Assembly (NCBI GenBank): GCA_964016885.1
Contig: OZ024758.1
Span: forward strand, 14,384,001 to 14,448,000
DNA: 64,000 nucleotides
Direction: 5' to 3'
Origin: Eledone cirrhosa
Taxonomy: Eukaryota
How positions within the stretch are numbered: position 1 is the first letter of the stretch; every line of letters starts with the position of its first letter. Both the position numbers and the translations under genes were made by a program. The notes below the pieces were generated by a model. It ran no database searches. It had not been told where the DNA came from and saw only the letters and a program-made list of their open reading frames with translations. Below, piece by piece: positions 28,125 through 40,584 of the stretch.

Positions 28125-28957
28125 ACACACATACACATACACACATACACACATACACACATACATACATACATACATACATACATACATACATACATAC
28201 ATACTAAATTGACACTCAGTGGCGCTCCTGTCGTTAAGATGCTGCATCCACTCAGAAAGTACAGGTTTACACAAAGAGTGTACCGCAGTTGCCTGTGTAC
28301 ACACGGAGGTAGCTGTGTACACACGGAGGTAGCTGTGTACACACAGAGGTAGCTGTGTACACAGGGACGTAGCTGAGTACACATTACAATGATAGTGTAA
28401 AGTTTATGTTTCTTCAAGTTGAAAAATGTTAATTGTTTAATTTACAAGAACGTAATAGCTTTCCTTGTTTAAAATATATTTAATTGTCTGTCTTGCTTGT
28501 CTAATTATAGCTGTTATTGATGTTTAGTCTTAATATAAACCCAATGAGACGTAAAGACAACAGAGAAGGTCCAACGCCCCTTGTTGTGATTTGTGATTTA
28601 GTGTGTGTAAGGAGGGGGGGGGTCTCCCCACAATTCTTTTCTTTTTTTCTGGCTACTTTTTCTTTTCTTTTCCCGTTTTTCCTTTTTTTTTTTTAGTACT
28701 GTGAAAGAAATTTATTTTATACTAGACAACCCGTGACCTAGGTCACGGGTTGTCTAGTAATATATATATATAGAGAAGGGTTATAATATATAGAAAGAGA
28801 GGGAGGTGCTTATAATATATAGAGAGAGCGTTATGGGTTTTGTTGGCTGATTTCGGGTATCTGTGCTCCAATTTACGCGAAACTTTTCAAAGTATTTTCC
28901 CATTTTGCGCCGTCTTGATTGTATTTCATTACAGACATGCACACAATCACAGAGTTT

Positions 28958-28995
<38 letters not shown>

Positions 28996-29010
28996 ATATA
29001 TATATATATA

Positions 29011-30058
29011 ACATCCATGAACAGGAAACCCAGAGGTAGACCACGAACAGGATTGTAGGGTAACCTCCATGAACAGGAAACCCAGAGGTAGACCACGAGC
29101 AGGATTGTAGGGTAACCTCCATGAACAGGAAACCCAGAGGTAGACCACGAATAGGATTGTAGGGTAACCTCCATGAACAGGAAACCCAGAGGTAGACCAC
29201 GAACAGGATTGTAGGATAACATCCATGAGCTGGAAACCCAGAGGTAGACCACGAACAGGATTGTAGGATAACATCCATGAACAGGAAACCCAGAGGTAGA
29301 CCACGAACAGGATTGTAGGGTAGCCTCCATGAGCTGGAAACCCAGAGGTAGACCACGAGCAGGATTGTAGGGTAACCTCCATGAGCAGGAAACCCAAAGG
29401 TAGACCACGAACAGGATTGTAGGGTAACCTCCATGAACAGGAAACCCAGAGGTAGACCACGAACAGGATTGTAGGGTAACCTCCATGAACAGGAAACCCA
29501 GAGGTAGACCACGAATAGGATTGTAGGGTAACCTCCATGAACAGGAAACCCAGAGGTAGACCACGAACAGGATTGTAGGGTAACCTCCATGAACAGGAAA
29601 CCCAGAGGCAGACCACGAACAGGATTGTAGGATAACATCCATGAACAGGAAACCCAGAGGTAGACCACGAACAGGATTGTAGGGTAACCTCCATGAGCTG
29701 GAAACCCAGAGGTAGACCACGAGCAGGATTGTAGGGTAACTTTCATGAGCAGGAAACCCAGAGGTAGACCACGAGCAGGATTGTAGGGTAACCTCCATGA
29801 ACAGGAAACCCAGAGGTAGACCACGAGCAGAATTTTAGGATAACCTCCATGAACAGGAAACCCAGAGGTAGACCACGAGCAGGATTGTAGGATAACCTCC
29901 ATGAGCAGGAAACCCAGAGGTAGACCACGAGCAGGATTGTAGGGTAACCTCCATGAGCAGGAAACCTAGAGGTAGACCACGAGCAGGATTGTAGGGTAAC
30001 CTCCATGAGCAGGAAACCCAGAGGTAGACCACGAGCAGGATTGTAGGATAACATCCAT
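29011..30058. repeat. 52-bp minisatellite, ~20 copies
   Basis: CATGAACAGGAAACCCAGAGGTAGACCACGAACAGGATTGTAGGGTAACCTC; period 52 (29016, 29068...). Confidence 0.95.
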
Positions 30059-30677
30059 GGGCTCGAGTGGTCACGTTTTCGGATCCACCCGGATTATTTA
30101 GACACAGTTGTTTTAGATAGGACCCCCGAGAAGTTATGTCTGAGGACTCTGCCCTCACGACCCTCTTAAGAAAAAGAGAAGAAGGAAGAGGAGGAGGCAG
30201 CCTTGTCACTCTGATTCTGTCTTAGAAATGATGTTATGTGTACACACGTCTGTGGAATACTCAGCCACTTATATGATAACTTAACGAGTATGATTTGAAC
30301 AACTGAATGGACACTCACCCATCAACAATATCGATTTTATTTAACGTTGATCATGAAAACTACAAGCTGAAACACGCCGATTTTTTTCTTCTAAAATTAT
30401 ACACTAGCCATTGAATATTGTCAAAAATTTAAATAGTGTGGTCATAGCTACAAGTTGTGTGCGTCAGTCCGAATTTGTTCCCTTATATAACTTTATTAAA
30501 AATGCATATTTTTATTAACTTATGCAGAGATACGTTTTCAAAGGTGTAGATTACAATTATGTTGATCAAATCATGTTTTTTTTTCTTTTTTGGAATTCAT
30601 ATTTGTAAATATGCTATATGGCTTTCATGTAGAAAACCTCTGACATTATTTTGAATGAAATTTCTAATTTATGTTTA

Positions 30678-31330
30678 AACTACTACAAGTGTTTGTAGTA
30701 GGTTAGTTAACCCACTACAAACACTTGTAGTAGGTTAGTTAACCCACTACAAACACTTGTAGTAGGTTAGTTAACCCACTACAAACACTTGTAGTAGGTT
30801 AGTTAACCCACTACAAACACTTGTAGTAGGTTAGTTAACCTACTACAAACATCTGTAGTAGGTTACTTAACCTACTACAAACATCTGTAGTAGGTTACTT
30901 AACCTACTACAAACATCTGTAGTAGGTTACTTAACCTACTACAAACATCTGTAGTAGGTTACTTAACCTACTACAAACATCTGTAGTAGGTTACTTAACC
31001 TACTACAAACATCTGTAGTAGGTTACTTAACCTACTACAAACATCTGTAGTAGGTTACTTAACCTACTACAAACATCTGTAGTAGGTTACTTAACCTACT
31101 ACAAACATCTGTAGTAGGTTACTTAACCTACTACAAACATCTGTAGTAGGTTACTTAACCTACTACAAACATCTGTAGTAGGTTACTTAACCTACTACAA
31201 ACATTTGTAGTAGGTTACTTAACCTACTACAAACATTTGTAGTAGGTTACTTAACCTACTACAAACACTTGTAGGTCAACTAACCCACTACAGACACTTG
31301 CAGTAGGTTAGCTAACCTACTGCAAACACT
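30678..31330. repeat. 32-bp palindromic minisatellite, ~20 copies
   Basis: CCTACTACA AACATC TGTAGTAGG TTACTTAA. Confidence 0.95.
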
Positions 31331-31682
31331 TCCTTTCATTACTGAAGCAAACTATATACAATACTGAACATATTTTATTCAAAATAATGTCAGAGATTTT
31401 CTACATGGAGCAATATATCATTAGAAACTTTCACCAGAAAAAAATCTAATATTAGGGTATATGAACCCCCATAAGGGAAAAAAATGGGCATCAGTGTGTA
31501 TGGGGATCAAACCAACACTTGTATTTTTTTTAAATAATAAAAAGGATTTGAAATATATTCAAGTTTGAAATGCTACATTTTAATGAAAATATTGTAAATA
31601 TCTTAATATCTTTCTATTTAGGACTACATGTGGCAATGTTTAGCTTCATACTGACCAATGAAATGAATTTGATCCACCAACG

Positions 31683-32054
31683 ATGACCTCAAACCTAATA
31701 TCACAAAGTAGGATTACTGAGGATGATCTTCGTCACAAGAGCCATGAAGAAGTATCACGCTTGGTACAGCAGCTGCTATCAGAAAACAAGAACTTGATGT
31801 TTAACCACGAGAATATGGTAAAGGACATCAACCAACGACTGCAGGTCCATTTGATGGAGATCCGAGGTCTGAAAAATGTCAACCAAAAATTGCAGGATGA
31901 CAATCAAGAACTGAGAGAACTTTGCTGCTTCTTGGATGATGAGCGCCAGAGTGGTAAGAAATTAGCTAAAGACTGGCAGAAGTTTGGTCGATACACAGCC
32001 AGTGTGATGAGAACTGAGGTTTCCAACTACCAAGAGAAGCTACGAGAACTTGAG
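31683..32054 (+). CDS. CCDC85C: CCDC85-family coiled-coil protein, coding exon 1 (exon begins 31622 after AG)
   Basis: Translation contains LQVHLMEIRGLKNVNQKLQDDNQELRELCCFLDDERQSGKKLAKDWQKFGRYTASVM, the conserved CCDC85 N-terminal domain. In-frame TGA upstream at 31659; donor GTTAGT at 32055, phase 0. Paralog letter is nominal for an invertebrate. Confidence 0.93.
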
Positions 32055-32072
32055 GTTAGTTTGTATCCTTAA

Positions 32073-32288
32073 CCCTTTAGCATTTACATTACTCTATATT
32101 TACTATTATATTCAAAGTAAAGACTTTACCTTACATAATTATTTCACATAATATTGAATCTACGAGATTTTAATGTTTATTTTGAGAACAATACTTTAAC
32201 ATCAGTATGAGTGGCCAGTTATGGTCGGTTTCAACAGAAAGAGGTGAGAGAATTCTGGCCAAATACAGCTGGTTTAAATGCTAAAGGG
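32073..32288. mobile_element. piggyBac-like MITE (TTAA TSD)
   Basis: TTAA|CCCTTTAGCATTTA...TAAATGCTAAAGGG|TTAA. Further copies at 35744-35948, 36119-36520, 38627-38834; partial at ~39148 and ~61493. Confidence 0.85.
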
Positions 32289-32638
32289 TTAACTCTTCTT
32301 ATTTTAATTGTTAGATTTAGCAGAATTATGATCAAAGATATCCTTACTGCAACCATTCTGTCTATTTGTATATCTAGAACAATCATAATTGTTTCTACTT
32401 TTGACACAAAGCCAGCAATTATCCCAGTACATTGCTGGTGCTTTATTTTATCGACCCTGTAAGGATGAAAGGCGGGATTTGAACTCATATCATAAAGTAT
32501 GGTGTCTGACACTCTACCGATACTGCCAATTGAACATTTTTAGCTCATAGGGTCAGACGCCATGCTTTGCAGCATAGAATTACATCCCTTTGCGGTCTGA
32601 GTTCAGATCCTGCCGAGTTTAACTTTGCCTTTCATCCT

Positions 32639-33269
32639 TACGGGATCGATAAAATAAAGTACCAGTAATGCACTGGGATAATTGCTGGCTTTGTGCCAAA
32701 AGTAGAAACAATTATTTTACGGGATCGATAAAATAAAGTACCAGTAATGCACTGGAATAATTGCTGGCTTTGTGCCAAAAGTAGAAACAATTATTTTACG
32801 GGATCGATAAAATAAAGTACCAGTAATGCACTGGGATAATTGCTGGCCTTGTGCCAAAAGTAGAAACAATTATTTTACGGGATCGATAAAATAAAGTACC
32901 AGTAATGCACTGGGATAATTGCTGGCTTTGTGCCAAAAGTAGAAACAATTATTTTACGGGATCGATAAAATAAAGTACCAGTAATGCACTGGGATAATTG
33001 CTGGCCTTGTGCCAAAAGTAGAAACAATTATTTTACGGGATCGATAAAATAAAGTACCAGTAATGCACTGGGATAATTGCTGGCTTTGTGCCAAAAGTAG
33101 AAACAATTATTTTACGGGATCGATAAAATAAAGTACCAGTAATGCACTGGGATAATTGCTGGCCTTGTGCCAAAAGTAGAAACAATTATTTTACGGGATC
33201 GATAAAATAAAGTACCAGTAATGCACTGGGATAATTGCTGGCCTTGTGCCAAAAGTAGAAACAATTATT
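32639..33269. repeat. 79-bp tandem array, 8 copies, of the SINE 3' tail
   Basis: TACGGGATCG starts at 32639, 32718 ... 33192. Confidence 0.95.
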
Positions 33270-33512
33270 ATTGGCAATTTAACATTCTTCCTAACGCATT
33301 GTTTTGGTTTTCAAAATTATTTAAATTTATGTTTCCTATTCAACAATACTTCAAGTAAGCTACAAAACTCTGTTATATACAGATGTATTTTAGTTTTAGA
33401 TAAATGCTTATAGATAAGCTTTTTATAACAGAATATTGTAGGGAAATTATTATTATTTTTATTATTTTTTAAAATTTTAATCCTGTTTCCTATTTTCTAT
33501 TATCTTTTAAAG

Positions 33513-33702
33513 ATAAAACAAGGAGAACTGATTAAAGATAACTTGGAAATGCAAGAACTGTGTCTTTACATGGGTCGAGAACATTTATTTGATGATGATA
33601 GAGATGATGGTGATGGCAGCAGTAATGGAACAACAGGTGGTAGTGAGAAAATTGAAGAAGCTAATACTCAGAATTCATCTGGAGAGCAAACTGTACAGAA
33701 CT
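33513..33702 (+). CDS. CCDC85C: CCDC85-family exon 2 (IKQGELIKDNLEMQELCLYM...DDGDGSSNG)
   Basis: Polypyrimidine tract plus AAG acceptor; GTAAGT donor at 33703; continues the CCDC85 coiled-coil and DxGDGSS motif; ends phase 1. Confidence 0.88.
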
Positions 33703-34136
33703 GTAAGTTTTTTATCAGTAGAATTTTATAGAAAATTTCTCTATTTGAAAGCAAACTACTATATGATGATGATGATGATATTGTTGATATGATAGGTTAC
33801 TTCTGAGTTCAAATCCTACCGAGGTTAGCTTTGCCTTTCATCCTTACAGGGGTTGAAAATAAAAAAAATAATAATGATTTCTACTATAGGCACAAGGCCA
33901 GCAATTTTGGGGGAAGGGAAAGTCAATTAAATCGACCCCAGTGCATTACTGGTAATTTATTTTATCGACCCCCCATAAGGATGAAAGGCAAAGCTAACCT
34001 TGGCAGGATTTGAACTCAGAATGTGAAGGGACGTAACTCTAAGCTGCAAAGCATGGTGTCCAACACTCTACCGATACTGCCAATCCACCGCCCTTATAAT
34101 AAATAACAATAATACTGAAAATTATTCTGTACAGTG

Positions 34137-34332
34137 CTCAGGTGCATGTATGGTACATAGAATAATGTACAAATGTTCGGGGAGTGAACAGTGTGCGTGT
34201 GTATGGAGGGGGAATATCAGGTGTAGTGTTGGCGTATATCAGGAAGCATGGAAGTCTTGAAGGATGCAGTGTTCCGACAGCTAACAACCGATGCTGGTAG
34301 TTTGTTCCATTCTTCAACAACTCTGAGCATAA
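34137..34332 (-). mobile_element. CR1/L2-like LINE 3' fragment in intron 2
   Basis: Minus strand RVVEEWNKLPASVVSCRNTASFK, typical of a CR1/L2 ORF2 end. Confidence 0.55.
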
Positions 34333-34606
34333 CACACTGGGGTCGATTTAATCGACTTTCCCCTCCCCCAAAATTGTTGGCCTTGTGCCTTAATCAGAAA
34401 CCATTATGTAAGCATGATAAAATTTGAAAAATAAAAAAAAATTAAAATCATATTTATTTTACCTATGTAATGTTACCTGGTGTTATGCACAGTGGCAAAA
34501 ATATATCCCCTAAGCTTACCCATCATATGATGGGAAACACTCTCGTAATTTTAATAATATTCTCTGTAGTGTTTGTTTTATAAATAATATTTTATTGTTT
34601 TCCCAG

Positions 34607-34692
34607 CAATTCCTGATCGGACTTTAAATTATATAAAACATTTAGAGGACCTTGTTAAAAAACTTGAAGAAGAAAGAAATAATTTGTTCCTG
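34607..34692 (+). CDS. CCDC85C: CCDC85-family exon 3 (IPDRTLNYIKHLEDLVKKLEEER)
   Basis: TTTCCCAG acceptor, phase 1 matches exon 2; resembles the CCDC85 YIRQLExRVxxLEEE motif; donor GTAAAT. Confidence 0.85.
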
Positions 34693-34830
34693 GTAAATCC
34701 CTATTTTATCACACCTACCTATCTATCTATATCTATATATATATTGTAGTACAAACTTGGTATAAATATCCAAGGGTTTTGAGAACTCTAAAGGATGAGT
34801 TATATTTAATCAGTTACAACAGTGACATAT

Positions 34831-34880
34831 ACAGGTACTTAAGTTTCGTTGGGTTAATTATCCCAACTCGTTCAGCGTGT
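34831..34880 (-). ncRNA. Hammerhead-like motif with 8-nt core CUGAACGA, family E (intron 3, antisense)
   Basis: Reverse complement: ACACG CTGAACGA GTTGGG..CCCAAC GAAA CTTAAG TA CCTGT. Confidence 0.55.
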
Positions 34881-35994
34881 CATAAAAAAAAAATGGCGTC
34901 CACCAAACAGAGGCCTGGACTTATGTAGGAATGTTTGAATTTTTTTACTGTGTAAGTGGTAGTGTTGGTGTTACATTAAAATGCACTCAGTACACTCAGT
35001 GAAGGCAACCTGCCTAGAAGAGTAGTAACTCTGAATAAAAACTACACTGAGGAGTTGTGGATTCTGTAAGCCACAGTGAAGGCAACTTGTGTAGGAGAGC
35101 AGTAACTCTGAATAAAAACTGGTACAGTGTCAAGATATGACAAACAAGCTGGTAGCATGCTAAAATGCACCCTGTTCATGTTATCAAGCAGTCATTGATC
35201 ACAGTGGGATTTAACCCAAAGCCATATGGTTGCAAAGAATTTCCACAGATATTACTAGTAAGGCTCATGGCTTGGTGGTTAGAGAATTGGATTCACAATC
35301 GTGAGGTTGTGAGTTCGATTCCTGGAGCAGGTGATGCGTTATGTCCTTGAGCAAAGACACTTTATTTCACGTTGCTCCTTCTACCTGGAGTTGCAACCGA
35401 TATATAGTATTAGCAATTGGAAAGACCAATGGAAACATTGTTTCCTTGGTCCAATTTGACGAAAGTCGATATATATACACTTTATTTCATGTTGCTCCTT
35501 CTACTAGGAGTTGTGACCAAGAGATAATATCAACAATGGAAAGATCAATGGAAACATTGTTTCCTTGGTCCAATTGGATGAGTTCCACCCCATTCTGTAA
35601 GCCAACGAGGTCTGGGATCTTGCCGATTAATTCCAAAAATTACTAGTAACCATTACTCTACATTCAATACTTCAAGATTCTATAAGCATAGTCACAGTGA
35701 AAATGTTAAATTTAAATTATATTTGTATTCAGAATTGTCTCAACCCTTTAGCATTTAAACCAGCCATATTCGGCCAGAATTTTATCACCTCTTTCTGTTC
35801 AAACCAGCTGTAACCGGTCACTCATACTGGCGTTAAGGTATTCTCAAAATAAATAATATCAAAATCTCATAGGTTCGATATTATGTGAGGTAAAGCCTTT
35901 ACCATGAAAATATTATAGTATATATGGAATAATGTAAATGCTAAAGGGTCAAATGTCTTTGTAAAATTATTTAACTTTTTTTTTTATCTTCCAG

Positions 35995-36075
35995 CAACTT
36001 GAACAACAAACAGCTGATGCCAACAGTAATTACCTGAACACCACCAGATCATCTGGACCAGTTCGGGCTCAAATG
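35995..36075 (+). CDS. CCDC85C: CCDC85-family exon 4 (QLEQQTADANSNYLNTTRSSGPVRAQM)
   Basis: Strong T-tract CCAG acceptor, GTAAGT donor, 81 nt open in phase 0; low sequence conservation. Confidence 0.75.
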
Positions 36076-36754
36076 GTAAGTTTATTTTAACATCTATATT
36101 CTATGATTTAGCCATTAACCCTTTAGCATTTAAATCAGCCGTCTCTGGCCAAAAATTCTTTCACCTTTCTGTTCAAACCCGTCACTCATACCAATGTTAA
36201 GGTATTGTTCTCGAAACAAATAATGGTTTCTGATTTAGGCACAAATCAACCCCTGTGCATGACTGGTGCTTTATTTATTGTCCCCATAAGGATGAAAGGC
36301 AAAGCTAACAACAGCAGGATTTGAACTCAGAACGTAAAGGGACGCAACTCGATGCTGCAAAAGCATGTTGTCTGACGCTCTACCGATACTGCCAATCCAC
36401 CACCCTCTCAAAATATATAACAACATCATCAAAATCTCATACATTCGACATTATGTTAAATAATTATGAGATACTGTGAAAATACAATAGTATATATAGA
36501 GTAATGTAAATGCTAAAGGGTTAAGTTCAGATCTTACTATGGCAGCACTAATGTTGTTGTGCCCCCTCCCTCGTCTATCACAGTTGGAAATATATTTAAT
36601 GTGGAACATTAAAAGCTCATTAGGAATACAATGACTAATATTGTTTTAATTATTTGTGTAAGTACAATAGACATGTTCAAACATATTTGGATTCTGTTAG
36701 ACTTTTTAACAAAGTATAGACTTTACTACATTTGCCTGAATTTATTGTATAAAC

Positions 36755-37046
36755 CAGGTACGGGCAACCTTTTTCGAGAAGCGGGCTGCATGAGATATGG
36801 CTCATTATCAGGCGGGTCACAAGCGCTAATTTACATTCGTGTCCACATAAAAAAAGGGGGCAGTAAATCAGGTTGTTTTGATTTGTTTCTTCAGAATTCG
36901 TACACATTGTTTTCCGTGATCGTAAAAATGATAGAAAGATAAATTACGACTGAAAAGTTGGGGTAAAAAAAATCAGAAAGATTTCACTTAGATGACTTAG
37001 GCAAGCCATTCAGAAAGGTTCGCAGGCCATAGGTTGCCCACGACTG
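36755..37046. mobile_element. hAT-like MITE
   Basis: TIRs CAGGTACGGGCAACCT / AGGTTGCCCACGACTG; perfect 8-bp TSD GTATAAAC. Confidence 0.85.
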
Positions 37047-37743
37047 GTATAAACCATGGATTAGAAAAGGCAGAATAAACCACAAAAAGAAATTAACTCA
37101 GAATTGTGAGGCATGGAGCTAAATATTATAAAGTACAATCCTTGATAGCAGGGAAAATGTTTATTAAATGGTGGTGGTGTTGGTTTAATCAGTCACTCTA
37201 ATGGTGTCTCAGTTTTCCTGGCCAAGATTTGAACCAGGTCCCAGATTTACCCCTCTGGAAGATTACTTCCATTGTACAACACTTACCATCCTCCCAGCAA
37301 ATGTGGGAGAGATAAGATTGCATGACTTTCATGTCCTATCTCAGGGGCACTGATAGCTCTCATCATCATCATCATCGTTTAACATCCATTTTTCACATTA
37401 GCATGGGTTAGACGGGTTATCCCATTAGAGGCAAGCTGGGTCATAGGACTGTTTCTGACTAAATGCCCTTCCTAATGCAACTACTTTACAGTGTAGGCTG
37501 GGTGCTTTTCATTGTGACACCTACATGACCACTTTACAGTGTGGGCTGGGTGCTTTTTGTCGTGACACCTACACAACCACATTACCGTGTGGATTGGGTG
37601 CTTTTCATCGTGTCTCCTACACAACCATTTTACAGTGTGGGCTGGGTGTTTTTTGTGACACCTACATGATCCCCTTACAGTTCTATGTTTGATGATATTA
37701 TAATTGTTTTTATATCTTTTATTCTTTCAACCTCCAAATATAG

Positions 37744-37819
37744 GTAACCAGTTATGTTAAACCTTCAAACGTCATTGGAAGTACAGCTAGCCAACCCAGG
37801 ACTATACAATACCCCCAGA

Positions 37820-37853
<34 letters not shown>

Positions 37854-38025
37854 ACAATACTACCAGCAACAACAGGAAAAATACCATCAACAGCAGCAGC
37901 AACCATCCCAACAGCACCAACAAAAACCCCAACACCAGCAACCTGAACAAAAGCAACAGAACCATCCTCACCGACATCCACAGAATTCTTCATCTCAGCA
38001 AGATGCTGTTGTACATGCAATGAAG
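37744..38025 (+). CDS. CCDC85C: CCDC85-family exon 5, polyQ/Q-rich, ending DAVVHAMK
   Basis: TAG acceptor, 282 nt open frame, conserved AVVHAMK motif immediately before a GT donor. Confidence 0.82.
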
Positions 38026-39320
38026 GTAACCAAACAATAAACTGCCTATTTAACAGTGGCATTGAAGCCGCATGGCTTAGTGGTTAGAGCGTCAGGCTTA
38101 CGATTGTGAGGTTGTGAGTTCAATTCTCAGACCAGGCTTTACATTGTGTCCTTGAGCAAGACACTTTATTTCACGTTGTTCCAGTTTACCCAGCTGTATA
38201 AATGAGTTGTGATGTCACTGGTTTCCAGCTGTATTGGCCATTGCCTTTCATTTGGACAACATTGGTGGCGTGAAGAGAGAAGACTGGTATACACGGGTAA
38301 CAGCTGGTCTTCCACAAACAACCTTGCCCTGGCTTGTACCTCGGAGGGTAACTTTCTAGGTGTAAATCCCTTGGTCATTTGTCATTGAAGGGGGTCTTTA
38401 CCCTTACTCTTATGGTGATAGTTGCCATAGCATGGGTTTTTTTCTTTCTTTTTGTTCTGCTAAGTCATGGAAGGACAGGTTGTACCTATGACCCTTTTCA
38501 GGGCCTCAGAGTCTAATGGCAGGAAAGGAGGGAAGGGAAGATATGCTCACACCCGAGACCAGCCTTGAATGTGTGCAACAGAGTAGACCCCACTCAATGT
38601 AGTCAAGAACCAGGTCGTAGTGTTAACCCTTTAGAATTTAAACCAGCTATATCCGTCCAGAATTCTCTCACCTCTTTCTCTTCAAACCGGCCATAACCAG
38701 CCACTCATACTGATGTGAAGGTATTGTTCTCAAAATAAATAATATCAAAATCTCATAGATTCAATATTATGTGAGATAAAGCCTTTACCACAAAAATACA
38801 ATAGTATATATAGAGTAATGTAAATGCTAAAGGGTTAAACTAGGTGACTAATTAAGTCTACCCTCCCAAGTAGGCTACAGTGGCTTTGAACTCAGACTAC
38901 AAAGAGCTGGAACAAATCTCTCAAGTCATTTTGTTCAATGTTTTAACAATTCTTCAGCTCCTATTCCTTGGAGTGATATTTGACCCCGAAAGGTTGAAAG
39001 GTAAAATTTACTATGTCAGGATCTGAATTCCAAGGGTCCAACCCATGCAAGCATGGAAAAACAGATGTAAAAACGATGGTGAATATGATGTGTCTAACTA
39101 GCTTTATGATGAAACCATTTATATGAAAAAGAACCCCAGATGTTTAACCCATTAGCATTTAAACTGGCCATATCCGGCCAGAATTCTCTTACCTCTTTCT
39201 GTTCAAACCGGCCATAACCAGCCACTCACACTGATGTTAAGGTATTGTTCTTAAAATAAATAATATCTACTCTATCAATACTTATCACAGCTATTCGTTT
39301 GTCTATTTATTTGATACTAG

Positions 39321-39419
39321 GTACTGGAAGTTCATCAACAGCTTGAAACTCCGATCAATGACATTGGTAACAATGATCTTGGTGATAATGAAAAGGCCAT
39401 TGTTCGAGAAATGTGCAAC
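39321..39419 (+). CDS. CCDC85C: CCDC85-family exon 6 (VLEVHQQLE...EKAIVREMCN)
   Basis: TAG acceptor, GTAAGA donor; VLEVH and EKAIVREMCN are CCDC85 C-terminal motifs. Confidence 0.92.
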
Positions 39420-39469
39420 GTAAGACTTTTATCTCATATTTTTATAATATATATACATACATATATATA

Positions 39470-39562
39470 CAGGGTGTCCCCCCCCCCCCCCAAAAAAAAA
39501 AACGTATACATACTTCATCAGCATTCTAATAAAAGTAGGTATGTATTTTTTGGGACACCTTG
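39470..39562. mobile_element. Tc1/mariner-like mini-MITE
   Basis: TA|CAGGGTGTCCC...GGGACACCTTG|TA; related copies at about 20466-20570 and 17730-17840. Confidence 0.65.
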
Positions 39563-40428
39563 TATATACTTGGAATTTACACAGATTTTTAGAAATAAAA
39601 AAAATTATTTTCTTGAAATAAAAAAAAAGTTTAATGATGGAATAAATAGTATTTTAGACATTGTAGTGCTTTCATCATAAAGTTGTATTAATTTGTCAAA
39701 TAAAATGTTGCTGCTATTTGGATTCATAACAACCATTCCATACAATATTTGGTGGATAGAAATAATTTGAATTATCATCACCACCATCATCATAACCATC
39801 CCCACCACCATCATAGCTGTAGGAGTTATGGGACCCATACATACATAGATGTAAGTCAACTAAAGTCATGTGAGTGCTCTCCCTTCTCTGACAAAGCTAC
39901 TAAACAAAGAAAACAATTGTTTCTACTTTTGGCACAAGGCCAGCAATTACCCCAGTGCATTACTGGTACTTTATTTTATCGACCCCGTAAGGATGAAAGG
40001 CAAAGTTAACCTCGGTGGGATTTGAACTCAGATCATAAAGGGACGCAACTCTATCCTGAAAAGCATGGCATCCAACCCTCTACCGATACTACCAAACCAC
40101 CACCGTCCTAAACAAAGAAAATAATGGGTCTATTAACTATATAGAGGAGACACTATATGAGGAGAGGAATTGACAAGAACCCAGAGCTCACTCGCTTACT
40201 GGGTGGGGTGGAGCTCGTCACATAGGACCATGGAAACAATGTTTCCATTGGTCTTTCCATTGCTGAGACTATCTACTGGACGCAACTCTTGGCAGAAAGA
40301 GCAACGTGAAATAAAGTGTCTTGCTCAAGGAGACAACACCTCACCTCATCCGGTCCAGGAATCGAACACACAACCTCACGATTGTGAATCCAATTCTGTA
40401 CCCACTAAGCCACGTATCTTCACAAGTT

Positions 40429-40501
40429 GGGAAATTAGCTCAGTTGGTAGAACGCTTGCTTAGCATGTGTGAGGTACCAGGATTGGTGCCCAGTTTATCC
40501 A
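40429..40501 (+). pseudogene. tRNA-Ala(AGC)-derived pseudogene in intron 6
   Basis: GGGAAATTAGCTCAGTTGGTAGAACGCTTGCTTAGCATGTGTGAGG..; AGC anticodon loop; degenerate T-arm and acceptor stem. Confidence 0.7.
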
Positions 40502-40584
40502 GTTTATTTGAGTGCCTTATCTGTATAGAATGGCTGTTAACTTTTGAATTAATGTTTTCTATGTTCATTTTTTGTATCTAACAG

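Noticed and set aside
28781-30209. Long ORFs in three minus frames
   Set aside because: Product of a stop-free strand of the 52-bp minisatellite
29011-33269. CRISPR-like regular arrays
   Set aside because: No unique spacers; pure tandem repeats in eukaryotic DNA with no cas genes
37754-38023. Asn/Ser-rich ORF from the track
   Set aside because: Wrong frame; the polyQ frame starting at 37744 joins the conserved CCDC85 exons
40429-40501. Functional tRNA-Ala
   Set aside because: T-loop and acceptor stem mismatches; called a pseudogene
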